From assembly GCA_040397255.1 (NCBI GenBank), contig JBBAWJ010000002.1, forward strand, positions 35,854 through 99,853: a DNA stretch of 64,000 nucleotides, given 5' to 3'. Made by a program: the position numbers and the translations under genes. Under the pieces are notes generated by a model. That model made no database searches. It was given only the letters and a program-made list of their open reading frames with translations, and was not told where the DNA came from. Shown here piece by piece: positions 9,706 to 19,764 of this stretch (position 1 is its first letter; every line of letters starts with the position of its first letter). This DNA is from Candidatus Limnocylindrus sp. (GTDB taxonomy: Bacteria > Chloroflexota > Limnocylindria > Limnocylindrales > Limnocylindraceae).

Positions 9706-10427
9706 GGTCGGACCGGAATCTGATGGAAGAGGGCAGCATCAACGGCACCGCGTATGACGTGCACGAGCGCAGCGGGACGGAGGCCAAGTGAGGCTCGACC
9801 GATCGGCCCATCCAGCGTGAGCGAATCCAGCGATGCACTCCGCGAGAGGACAGTGATCTTTGCACCAGGGACGAGCCCACGTGCCTCGAGGTAGCTGAGC
9901 AGTGCGGCGTCAGTCTCGGCCGCCTCGGTTACGCGATAGATCGTGGCCGCCTCGCCCGCCTCGAGCGCTGCGAGTGGCTCCCCCTTCGGCCGCCGCGCTT
10001 CGGTTGCCCGGTCGATCGGATTCCCGTGCGGACAGGTTTGCGGATGGCCAAGCATCTCCTCGAGGCGCGTCTCAAATTCGGGCGAGATCGACGAGTGCAG
10101 TCGTCGCGCCTCAACATCGGCCGCCGCCCACGGCATGCCGACGATCCCAGTCAGAAGCCACTCCAAAAGCGCGTGTCGGCGGAAGACGGCATCGGCGGCG
10201 CTCTCGCCCGAGGCGGTGAGCTTCCAAAGCCGCGCATGCCCGCTGCACGGCGCGATCAGTCGGTCATCGGCGAGTCGGCGGAACATCTCAGCGGCCGCCT
10301 GCTTGCTGACCTCGAGATCCTTCGCGACGAGTGACGGGGTGACCCCCTCATCGTCGCTGTGGCTGCGGAAGGCGAGCAGATACTCCTGCGCCGCCGCCGT
10401 GATAGCTGCTCGACGTGTGGTTGCCAT
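9702..10427 (-). CDS. DtxR/IdeR/MntR-family metal-dependent transcriptional repressor with C-terminal FeoA/SH3-like domain
   Basis: Has a winged HTH (LVAKDLEVSKQAAAEMFRRLADDRLI) and a metal-site region (EARRLHSSISPEFETRLEEMLGHPQTCPHGNPI). The C-terminal ~70 aa look SH3-like. Confidence 0.75.
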   Translation of the reverse strand: MATTRRAAITAAAQEYLLAFRSHSDDEGVTPSLVAKDLEVSKQAAAEMFRRLADDRLIAPCSGHARLWKLTASGESAADAVFRRHALLEWLLTGIVGMPWAAADVEARRLHSSISPEFETRLEEMLGHPQTCPHGNPIDRATEARRPKGEPLAALEAGEAATIYRVTEAAETDAALLSYLEARGLVPGAKITVLSRSASLDSLTLDGPIGRASLGLRPAALVHVIRGAVDAALFHQIPVRP

Positions 10428-10437
10428 AGTTCTGATC

Positions 10438-11139
10438 CTACCTGCGACGCCGACTCAAGGTCACAAACGCAAGAAGTGCAAAGAGGGCCGCAGCCGCAAG
10501 CAGGCGAAGTGAGCCGCTCACCAGCACCGCAATGAGAACGAGCGAGGCGGCGCCAACGGCGAGAGAGGTCGATCGAGCCACGCCGCGTGTCCCTGCTCTC
10601 TGAGGTCGCGCAACAGGTTGCGCTTGTGTGCGCTCACGCGGCGTCCGCCGAACAGGTCGTTTTCCTCGGGCTCGATACTCGGGGCCATGCTTGCGAGGGT
10701 CGGCGTACTCGCGCGGATTCACCGTCCAGTACGTACCGGAGTCGGCACCAACCCAGGCGGCCCCATCCCAGACCGGTTCCTCCTCCGTCGCTCCGTCATA
10801 TGTCGTGGAGCCGGGACGTGCACTAGCTGTTGGTTGTGCACCAGACTTCGATCGCGGCGGCTGCGCTGCACGGCGAGTCGCCGGTGCTGGACGTGCTGGT
10901 GGCTGGCCTCGACCGGGTCCAACAAGTCGACCCGCTGCAATGGCGTCAGCGAGTGCAACGTCGTACGCCTCGGTGATCCGCGCAAACTGCAAAGTCGTCG
11001 CCTCACCACCCCCAATTACATCAGGATGCGTTGACTTTGCCAATCGGCGGAAGGAAATCTTGACGGCGAGTGCAGAAGGCCGAGCAGGGAGACCAAGTAC
11101 TCGCCACGCCTCTTCTACGCGCATTTTCGCTGCTGACAT
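10438..11139 (-). CDS. J-domain (DnaJ-like) protein with Pro/Arg-rich linker and C-terminal transmembrane anchor
   Basis: J-domain sequence AWRVLGLPARPSALAVKISFRRLAKSTHPDV contains the HPD tripeptide. C-terminal hydrophobic stretch: LAVGAASLVLIAVLVSGSLRLLAAAALFALLAFV. Confidence 0.6.
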   Translation of the reverse strand: MSAAKMRVEEAWRVLGLPARPSALAVKISFRRLAKSTHPDVIGGGEATTLQFARITEAYDVALADAIAAGRLVGPGRGQPPARPAPATRRAAQPPRSKSGAQPTASARPGSTTYDGATEEEPVWDGAAWVGADSGTYWTVNPREYADPRKHGPEYRARGKRPVRRTPRERTQAQPVARPQRAGTRGVARSTSLAVGAASLVLIAVLVSGSLRLLAAAALFALLAFVTLSRRRR

Positions 11140-11142
11140 GGC

Positions 11143-12165
11143 CTACGAAACCTTAAGCAGCGAAAGCGCTGCTGCTGGAGATACCGTGGCGAGTGCTGCG
11201 CCGCCCCGCGGATCGGCAAGGTTCACGATGCGATGCGCCTCGAGCGATGAGGCTGCGGCGACGCTGGCACCGATCGCCGCAAGTACGGCGACCGTTGCGA
11301 CGCGCCCGGAGCGCCCCGCGACATCACCATCCTCGGTGCGCACGGCGATGCCGTAGCCCGGCAGGCCAACGAGGCAGAGCCCCTCAGCGCCTTGCTTCGC
11401 CACAACGAGACCCTCGCCGCCACGAATGAGATCGGTATCAAGAGAGCCTGCCCCAGAGATGAGGCGCGGGTTCTTGACGGCGGCGACGCGAACGCGCTCA
11501 AGCAGCGCGCGGTAGCGCTCTGGTACGAGTGGGTCGTGCGGGGTGGCCCAGCGCCGCGCCCCCTCAGCCGCCGCGCGAAGTGGAATCGCAGAGGTGGGGA
11601 TAGCGCACCCATCCATCCCCCACGGAGCTGCGTGTAGGTCAACGCTCAGCAGCTCACCAACCACGGTGCGCAGCTCGCGCTGCACGGGGTGATCGAAGGC
11701 GTCGTACCCGATCGGATCAAATCCACGTGCCTTCGCCAGCAGCAAGAGTGAGAGGTGCTGCCCAGAGCACATGTGCGCGAGCAGATCACCGCTGCCACCA
11801 CGCAAGCTTTGTGGTCGACCATGCACCAGGTGTGCTGGGTTCAGCCCGAAGATGTCAACCATGCGCTGCGCCACCGCCGTGTGCTCGTCCGCTCCCGCAT
11901 GGCTCGCCGAGGCGAGTGCGATCATCTCGTCGTCGAGCGTGAAGCCGGCCTCGTCTGCTGCGGCGAGCACCGCCACTGCGGTGAAGGGTTTCACCGCGCT
12001 CCGCAACGAGATCAATCGATCTGGCTCACCGACACTTGCGGCGAGGCGGCCACCATCGGCCACCACCGCCACGTCACCACGATGTGCCACCTCGGTGATC
12101 TGGCCACGCTGCACCACCGTAATCACCGGTGGTGCCATGCCCTCGCCGACGCGAGTATCGCTCAT
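11143..12165 (-). CDS. Asparaginase family protein (Rhizobium etli-type 'asparaginase II' fold)
   Basis: The pattern VQRGQITEVAHRGDVAVVADGGRL...LRSAVKPFTAVAVL...ASHAG...CSGQH...WGMDGCAIPT resembles the R. etli AnsA-type family as I recall it. Confidence 0.65.
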   Translation of the reverse strand: MSDTRVGEGMAPPVITVVQRGQITEVAHRGDVAVVADGGRLAASVGEPDRLISLRSAVKPFTAVAVLAAADEAGFTLDDEMIALASASHAGADEHTAVAQRMVDIFGLNPAHLVHGRPQSLRGGSGDLLAHMCSGQHLSLLLLAKARGFDPIGYDAFDHPVQRELRTVVGELLSVDLHAAPWGMDGCAIPTSAIPLRAAAEGARRWATPHDPLVPERYRALLERVRVAAVKNPRLISGAGSLDTDLIRGGEGLVVAKQGAEGLCLVGLPGYGIAVRTEDGDVAGRSGRVATVAVLAAIGASVAAASSLEAHRIVNLADPRGGAALATVSPAAALSLLKVS

Positions 12166-13499
12166 GCCAGCCCGAGGGCCTTGTCAACCTCTGTCAGGCC
12201 GCGGTCGATCACATCAAACGCAAAGTCAAGCTCCTCGTTCGTGATGATGAGCGGTGGATTCGTGAAGAATCCATTCCATCGCACGATTGTATAGAGGCCG
12301 TTCTTCCGAAAGAGCGCTCCGAGCGCCGCCATCTCTGGTGCGCTCGTATTGAACGCCGCGATCGGCTCTTGCGTCTTCGGGTCGCGCACGAGTTCAATGA
12401 TTCCGAACAAGCCAATGTTTCGAATTGGACCGACACAGGGGTGCTTTGCCTTCATCCGCTCGTGATGCGCACGGAGCGTCTTCCCCATCGTTGCGGCGCG
12501 GGTGATCAGGTCGTCCTCCTCGTAGACCTCAATGGTGGCGAGGGCAGTCGCGCAGGCGAGCGGATGGCTGTTGTAGGTCAACCCTCCACCGAACACCTTC
12601 TCGGCGAAGTGATCGGCGATCGGTCGTCGCATGCCAAGTGCACCCAGTGCCACATAGGCGCTGGTCAAACCCTTCGCCATGGTGATCATGTCAGGCACGA
12701 CGCCTGAGTGGTCAATGGCGAACCACTTCCCCGTTCGGCCGAATCCGGCCATCACCTCGTCGGCAATCAGCAGAATGCCGTGGCGGTCGCAGATGTCACG
12801 CAGGCCCTGCATATAGCCATCGGGCGGAATGAGGATGCCGTTGGTGCCCACAACCGGCTCGACAATAATCGCGGCGACGGTCTGTGGACCTTCGAAGCGA
12901 ATGATCTTCTCGGTCTCCGCAAGTACATCAGCAGCGGGGCGTGGCTCTGCAGCGCCGAATTCGTGGAAGTCTGGGATGCGGAAGATGCCAGGAAAGGCGG
13001 GCTCCGCGAACCAGCGACGCGGGTCGCCTGTTGCGCTGAGCGCTCCAGAGGTTCCGCCGTGATACGAGCGATAGCGTGCGGCGATCTTGTGACGACCTGT
13101 GTAGAGGCGCGCGATGCGGAAGGCGTTCTCGACCGCTTCGGCGCCGCCGTTGGTGAAGAAGAAGGCGTCGATATCGCCAGGGCAGATCTCGGCGAGCTTC
13201 GCGCCGAGTCGGGCGCGTGGCTCCGTTGCCATAAATGGGTTCGCGTAGGCCAGGGAGGCCGCCTGATCTGTGATGGCCTTCAGCACACGCTCATCGCCGT
13301 GGCCGATGTTGGTGCACATCAACTGGCTGTTGAAGTCGAGGAACTTCTCCTCTTCGGGGGTCCAGAACCAGGAGCCCTTCGCGCGGGCAATTGGAATGGG
13401 GTTCGCTGCAGCCTGCGCAGACCATTCGGTCATGGTGTGACGCTTCGAGAGGGCCACCATCTCTGGCCCACTCATTGGGGTTCTCTTGGCTGCGCTCAT
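12162..13499 (-). CDS. Class III (omega) aminotransferase, PLP-dependent (beta-alanine/taurine-pyruvate type)
   Basis: FFTNGGAEAVENAFRIAR, ADEVMAGFGRTGKWFA and MAKGLTS (PLP lysine) are all present. A GGGAGGG SD sequence precedes the ATG at 13499. Confidence 0.85.
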   Translation of the reverse strand: MSAAKRTPMSGPEMVALSKRHTMTEWSAQAAANPIPIARAKGSWFWTPEEEKFLDFNSQLMCTNIGHGDERVLKAITDQAASLAYANPFMATEPRARLGAKLAEICPGDIDAFFFTNGGAEAVENAFRIARLYTGRHKIAARYRSYHGGTSGALSATGDPRRWFAEPAFPGIFRIPDFHEFGAAEPRPAADVLAETEKIIRFEGPQTVAAIIVEPVVGTNGILIPPDGYMQGLRDICDRHGILLIADEVMAGFGRTGKWFAIDHSGVVPDMITMAKGLTSAYVALGALGMRRPIADHFAEKVFGGGLTYNSHPLACATALATIEVYEEDDLITRAATMGKTLRAHHERMKAKHPCVGPIRNIGLFGIIELVRDPKTQEPIAAFNTSAPEMAALGALFRKNGLYTIVRWNGFFTNPPLIITNEELDFAFDVIDRGLTEVDKALGLA

Positions 13500-13628
13500 G
13501 GTCCCTCCCGCCGGTTAGGCGCAGGCGCGCCCTCTTACCCCTCAGGATACCCCCCTTCTGGTGGTGCGTGGCGCGAGACAATCACGCCATGGGCTGCGCT
13601 CGGGGCGCAGATCGGCGAGAATCTCGCC

Positions 13629-15107
13629 ATGGGGACAACTATTGAAAGCTTGGCCGCACAGAGCGCCCCGGCCACCCTAAAGAACTTCATCAACGGGCAC
13701 TGGGTCGCCTCCTCTTCGAGCGAGCGGCTGGTGGTGCCAAACCCGGCAACCGAGGCCCCCCTCGCCTACGTGCCCCTCTCCAATGCCGCCGACGTGCAGG
13801 CAGCCGTCGATGCCGCCCGCGCCGCAGCCTTTGAGTGGGGCGAGATGCCGCCTCCAGAGCGCGCCGGCTACCTCTTCAAGTTGCGCGAGGCGATGCTCGA
13901 CAACCGCGAGGCGCTCGCCAAGCTCGTCACCACCGAGAACGGGAAGGTGCTGAGCGATGCCACCGGCGAGGTGCGCCGCGGCATTGAGGTCGTTGACTTT
14001 GCCTGTGGCGCCCCAACGCTCCTGATGGGCCAGAACCTCGACCAGGTCTCGCGCGGCATCGACTCCGAGATGGTGCGCTTCCCCGTCGGTGTCGTCGCGG
14101 GCATCACGCCGTTCAACTTCCCATTCATGGTTCCCATGTGGATGCTGCCACTCGCGATCGCCTGTGGTAACTCCTTCATCTTGAAGCCATCCGAGCGCAC
14201 CCCAATCTCGGCGCAGCGCATCATTGAGATCTGCGAAGAGGCCGGCATTCCAGCGGGCGTTGTTGGCTTGGTGCATGGCGCCGTTGAGACGGTCACCAGC
14301 CTGATCACGAGCCCAGGTGTTGATGCGATCAGCTTCGTCGGCTCAGAGCGCGTGGCGCGCATCGTCTACGAGACGGCAGCGAAGAGTGGCAAGCGCGTGC
14401 AGGCGCTCGGTGGCGCAAAGAACCACATCATCGCCATGCCCGACGCCGTGCTTGACCAGAGCGTGCCGAACATCGCGGAGTCTGCCTTCGGCAATGCGGG
14501 GCAGCGCTGTCTCGCCGGCTCCGTGCTCACCCTTGTTGGTGAGGCCCGTGAGCGCATGCTGCCACGACTCGTTGAACACGCTGACACGATCAAGATGGGA
14601 TTCGGCCTTGATGCTGGCATCTCGCTCGGCCCCGTGATTCGCGGCGAGGCGCGCGAGCGCATTCACCGACTGGTCGACGAAGGGGTCGCCGCTGGCGCCA
14701 AGATGCTGCGTGACGGACGCGGCACCGGCCCTGCAAAGGGCTACTTCGTTGGCCCAACGCTGCTTGAGATCACACCAGAGTCACCGCTCGCACGCGAGGA
14801 GCTCTTCGGGCCGGTCCTCTCCGTGCTCTACGCGAAGGACCTCGATGAGGCGCTCCGCCTGATGGCCGAGACGAACGAGTACGGGAATGCCGCGAGCATC
14901 TACACCGCCTCCGGCTCTGCGGCGCGCGAGTTCAAGCGCAAGGCAACCTCGGGGATGCTCGGCGTGAACGTTGGTGTGGCCGCCCCAATGGCCTTCTTCC
15001 CGTTCAGCGGTCGACGCAAGAGCTTCTTCGGCGACCTGCACGCGACCGGTCGCGACGGGGTGGAGTTCTACACCACGAAGAAGGTCATTACCGCTCGCTG
15101 GTTCTAA
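13629..15107 (+). CDS. mmsA: Methylmalonate-semialdehyde dehydrogenase (CoA-acylating) / ALDH6-type aldehyde dehydrogenase
   Basis: LKNFINGHWV...ITPFNFPFMVPMWM...FILKPSERTP...GNAGQRCLA...RKSFFGDLHATGRDGVEFYT is typical of MmsA. The start is taken at the internal ATG 13629 of track ORF 12708..15107. The upstream part of that ORF is antisense to the aminotransferase gene. Confidence 0.85.
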   Translation: MGTTIESLAAQSAPATLKNFINGHWVASSSSERLVVPNPATEAPLAYVPLSNAADVQAAVDAARAAAFEWGEMPPPERAGYLFKLREAMLDNREALAKLVTTENGKVLSDATGEVRRGIEVVDFACGAPTLLMGQNLDQVSRGIDSEMVRFPVGVVAGITPFNFPFMVPMWMLPLAIACGNSFILKPSERTPISAQRIIEICEEAGIPAGVVGLVHGAVETVTSLITSPGVDAISFVGSERVARIVYETAAKSGKRVQALGGAKNHIIAMPDAVLDQSVPNIAESAFGNAGQRCLAGSVLTLVGEARERMLPRLVEHADTIKMGFGLDAGISLGPVIRGEARERIHRLVDEGVAAGAKMLRDGRGTGPAKGYFVGPTLLEITPESPLAREELFGPVLSVLYAKDLDEALRLMAETNEYGNAASIYTASGSAAREFKRKATSGMLGVNVGVAAPMAFFPFSGRRKSFFGDLHATGRDGVEFYTTKKVITARWF

Positions 15108-15112
15108 GCGCG

Positions 15113-15125
15113 AGCGCCGCTGGCG

Positions 15126-15127
<2 letters not shown>
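15113..15127. terminator. Short GC hairpin between convergent mmsA and mdh (possible bidirectional terminator)
   Basis: AGCGCC-GCT-GGCGCT forms a 6-bp perfect stem. There is no U-tract, and it overlaps the mdh stop codon. Confidence 0.2.
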
Positions 15128-16923
<1,796 letters not shown>

Positions 16924-18090
16924 TTAGATGTTGACCCCGATGAGCGATCCAACGGCGTAGGTGATGGCTGCCGCTGCGGCGCCGATGGCGAGCTGGCGTG
17001 ACCCTGTATAGATTGCAGACTTTCCGGTCAACAGGCTCACCGCGGCGCCAACACCGAAGAGCGCGGCCGCCGTCAAGGCGATGCTGATCAAGAGTGCGGT
17101 GGAGCCGTCCAGTAGGATGAACGGCAAGAGCGGCACAAATGCACCGATCGCAAAGGCGATAAACGACCCGATGGATGCACCCCAAGGTGATCCAAGCTGC
17201 TCTGGGTCCAGGCCGAGCTCTTCGCGAACCAGCGTCTCAAGTGCAATCTTCGGATCGGCCATCAGGCGCTTGGCGATTGACTTTGCCTCCTCATCGGGGA
17301 AGCCACGCGCCTGATAGATCGCTGCGATCTCGGCCTCCTCCTCTTCGGGCATCGCCTCAAGCTCTGCGCGCTCCAGTTCGATCTGGCGCTCAAGGAGTTC
17401 GGTCTGACTGCGCATCGATACGTACTCGCCCGCTCCCATGCTGAACGCACCGGCAAGGAGACCTGCGACACCGGCAAGCACCACGAAGCCACCCTGGCCA
17501 CTGACCGTGGTCGCTCCGGCGATACCCATCACCAAGGCGGCATTAGAGACAAGGCCGTCGGAGACGCCGAAGATGGTCGCTCGCAGCGTGCCGCTGTTGC
17601 CGGCGCGGTGCCACGGCTCCCGCGCCTTCGTCTCAGCGAGCCCAGCGCGATATGCACCCTCGCTCTTGCCAGCATCGAGTTCGCGCCAGATGTCGGCGTG
17701 CTTCGCCTCATCGGCGGCAATATCGGTGACCTCTGCAACGTCGCTGTGGGCGCCGTAGATCTCCTCTTCGTACCCTTCGAGTGCCTTGACCATGTCACTC
17801 ACGGCACGTGTGCCGAAGAGTCGAGCGAGGAGCGTGATCTGGCGCACGCGCCAACTTGGGCGCTTGCTGGCAGGCACCTGCTCGCCGAGGCTGAGGAGCT
17901 TCGCCTCCCAGATGGCGGCGTGGTGGCGCTCACTTGTGGCGATGCGCTCAAAGGCGCCGCGCCGCGCAGGATCCTTCTCAATCTTGGCGAGGGCGTCGTA
18001 CAAGAAGATTGCGTCGCGCTCTAAGGCGAGGCCAGCGATGCTTGCGGCGCGATCCTTGATCTCCTGCATTGGGGCTCCCCTCTTGCGCAT
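16924..18090 (-). CDS. Erythrin-VIT1 (MbfA-like) protein: N-terminal ferritin-like/rubrerythrin domain fused to a VIT1/CCC1 iron/manganese transporter domain
   Basis: The N-terminal half has paired E..H motifs (TSERHHAAIWE; ADEAKHADIW). The C-terminal half has GVSDGLVSNAALVMG and GAGEYVSMRSQ plus TM segments. An alternative start at ATG 18069 has a GAGGGGAG SD sequence. Confidence 0.75.
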   Translation of the reverse strand: MRKRGAPMQEIKDRAASIAGLALERDAIFLYDALAKIEKDPARRGAFERIATSERHHAAIWEAKLLSLGEQVPASKRPSWRVRQITLLARLFGTRAVSDMVKALEGYEEEIYGAHSDVAEVTDIAADEAKHADIWRELDAGKSEGAYRAGLAETKAREPWHRAGNSGTLRATIFGVSDGLVSNAALVMGIAGATTVSGQGGFVVLAGVAGLLAGAFSMGAGEYVSMRSQTELLERQIELERAELEAMPEEEEAEIAAIYQARGFPDEEAKSIAKRLMADPKIALETLVREELGLDPEQLGSPWGASIGSFIAFAIGAFVPLLPFILLDGSTALLISIALTAAALFGVGAAVSLLTGKSAIYTGSRQLAIGAAAAAITYAVGSLIGVNI

Positions 18091-18129
18091 TTGGTGCGCG
18101 TGACCCCCATCGTAGCGCGCTGCGCAGGG

Positions 18130-18453
18130 CTAGGTCTGAAGCACCACCCACCCCTGATCGTCGACGCTCACCACGTGAACCCCGAGCGGAATCTCGGCCG
18201 GTGGATCGAGCGGCTCCCCGCTCTCGAGGTCAAATCGCGAGAGGTGCAGAGGGCAGGTCACGGTGGGCCGGTCAACGGTGGCTGGCGAGAGAAAGCCGCG
18301 ATCCAGCTCGCAATACTCGTGGGTGCATACGCCGTCGACCGCTAGCAGCTTGCCGCCGCGATTCACCACCAGGATGGCCGCGCCACCTGGCCACGCAAGG
18401 CGCATCGTGCCGTCAGGAAGTTCTACTGCGGGGAAGAGGCGCTCTGCTGGCAT
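18130..18453 (-). CDS. Rieske [2Fe-2S] domain protein (suf-associated)
   Basis: CTHEYC (CxH) and CPLHLSRF (CxxH) motifs are present. It lies 9 nt downstream of sufD. Confidence 0.8.
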   Translation of the reverse strand: MPAERLFPAVELPDGTMRLAWPGGAAILVVNRGGKLLAVDGVCTHEYCELDRGFLSPATVDRPTVTCPLHLSRFDLESGEPLDPPAEIPLGVHVVSVDDQGWVVLQT

Positions 18454-18462
18454 CTGCGCCAG

Positions 18463-19764
18463 TTACGAGGCGAGTGCGGCAGGCTGCTTCGCCAGCGCGG
18501 CATCGAGCTTCGCAGCAAGCACCTCGCGCAGGCGCTCAGCGTCGGCATCGAGCGGGAGTGCAGCGACAACGGGCTCGAGGAATCCCATCACGATGATCCG
18601 GCGCGCTTCGGCATCGGTCAGCCCGCGCGAGCGGAGGTAGAAGATCTGGGCGGGATCGATTGGCCCAACGGAGCTCCCGTGCGCCGCGCGCTCGCAGTCC
18701 GGCTGGTCAATCCAGAGTGATGGGATCGCCACGCTGCGCGCCGTCTTCGAGAGGAGCATGCCGAACTCACCGAGATACGAGTTGGTGCCACGTCCGCTGC
18801 GCGGAATCGTCGTGACCCCCTTGATGTAGCCGCGCGCGTTCCCAGCAAACACACCCTTCGCCAACAGGTCGCCGACCGTCTTCTGGCCGGAGTGCAGGCT
18901 ATAGGTGGTGAGGTCGTGAATCTGATCGCCAGCGCCGAAGACCACCTCGACCTGGCGCACCCCAGATCCATCGCCCGAAAGGAGGTGATCGATGCGCCCG
19001 CGCACCAGTCGTGCGCCGACCTGCGCCACGGTGAGCTGCAGCTGAGCTTTCTTGCCAAAGGTATGGCGACGGACCGTCACATAGGCACGGTCTTCAGGAA
19101 GGTCTTGAATTGACGAGAGCGCCAACGACGCGCGGGCGCCGAGCGTGATCTCGCTACTGATCGCCAAGAGTGAGGTGGCGACGCCGGGCACGGCGGCGCT
19201 GCCGCTGATCTCTTCGACGATCGAGGCCTGTGCGCCATCGCCAAGCTGCACGGCGATGCGGGCAAGGAGCGAGGAGCCAGACTCTGGGGCGACGACGCGA
19301 ATCACGATCGGTGCGCTCAGGTGACCGGCGTTGAGCCTGATCGAGACGCCGGTGTTCCAGAGTGCGGCGACGAGCGCAGCGGTGCGGTCCTCGCTGGCGC
19401 CACCCATCGGTGTGGATGGACTGAGCGGCGTGGCACTCAAGCCTGCGGCGATGGCCTCCGCACCAAGGTAGGCGCCGACACCGGCACTTGAAATTTCAAT
19501 GACTGCAGCGGCACCCTCTGGCAGCGCAGTGGCGGGTAGGGGGCGAATCTCTTGCGGGAGCGGGGCGGGCGCGGCGCGCTCTACCTCTGCCGCTCGCAGG
19601 TCGACGTATCCGGTGAAGAGCAGGTTCGACTCCGTTGGCAGGGCGTGAAACGCGGCGAGTGCCACCGTGCGCTCAGGTAGGCCGGCGCCCCCTGGGCTGA
19701 GCGTGGTGATCATGTCGGTTGTCGCCCACTCGAGGGGGAGATCAGCGAGAGCGCGACGGGTCAC
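18463..19764 (-). CDS. sufD: Fe-S cluster assembly protein SufD
   Basis: The beta-helix C-terminal region is conserved (IPSLWIDQPDCERAAHGSSVGPIDPAQIFYLRSRGL). The start overlaps the sufB stop by 4 nt. Confidence 0.85.
   Translation of the reverse strand: MTRRALADLPLEWATTDMITTLSPGGAGLPERTVALAAFHALPTESNLLFTGYVDLRAAEVERAAPAPLPQEIRPLPATALPEGAAAVIEISSAGVGAYLGAEAIAAGLSATPLSPSTPMGGASEDRTAALVAALWNTGVSIRLNAGHLSAPIVIRVVAPESGSSLLARIAVQLGDGAQASIVEEISGSAAVPGVATSLLAISSEITLGARASLALSSIQDLPEDRAYVTVRRHTFGKKAQLQLTVAQVGARLVRGRIDHLLSGDGSGVRQVEVVFGAGDQIHDLTTYSLHSGQKTVGDLLAKGVFAGNARGYIKGVTTIPRSGRGTNSYLGEFGMLLSKTARSVAIPSLWIDQPDCERAAHGSSVGPIDPAQIFYLRSRGLTDAEARRIIVMGFLEPVVAALPLDADAERLREVLAAKLDAALAKQPAALAS

Noticed and set aside
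13513-13531. GGTTAGGC, matching 8 nt of the IdeR/DtxR iron-box consensus, in the aminotransferase/mmsA divergent region
   Set aside because: Only one half-site matches. The second half (GCAGGCGCG) bears no resemblance to TAACCTAA, so there is no palindrome. This is probably chance.
12708-13628. N-terminal 307 codons of the 799-aa track ORF 12708..15107
   Set aside because: This part is exactly antisense to the well-supported aminotransferase gene and has no family motifs. The MmsA homology begins at the internal ATG 13629. This is a typical high-GC shadow ORF extension.
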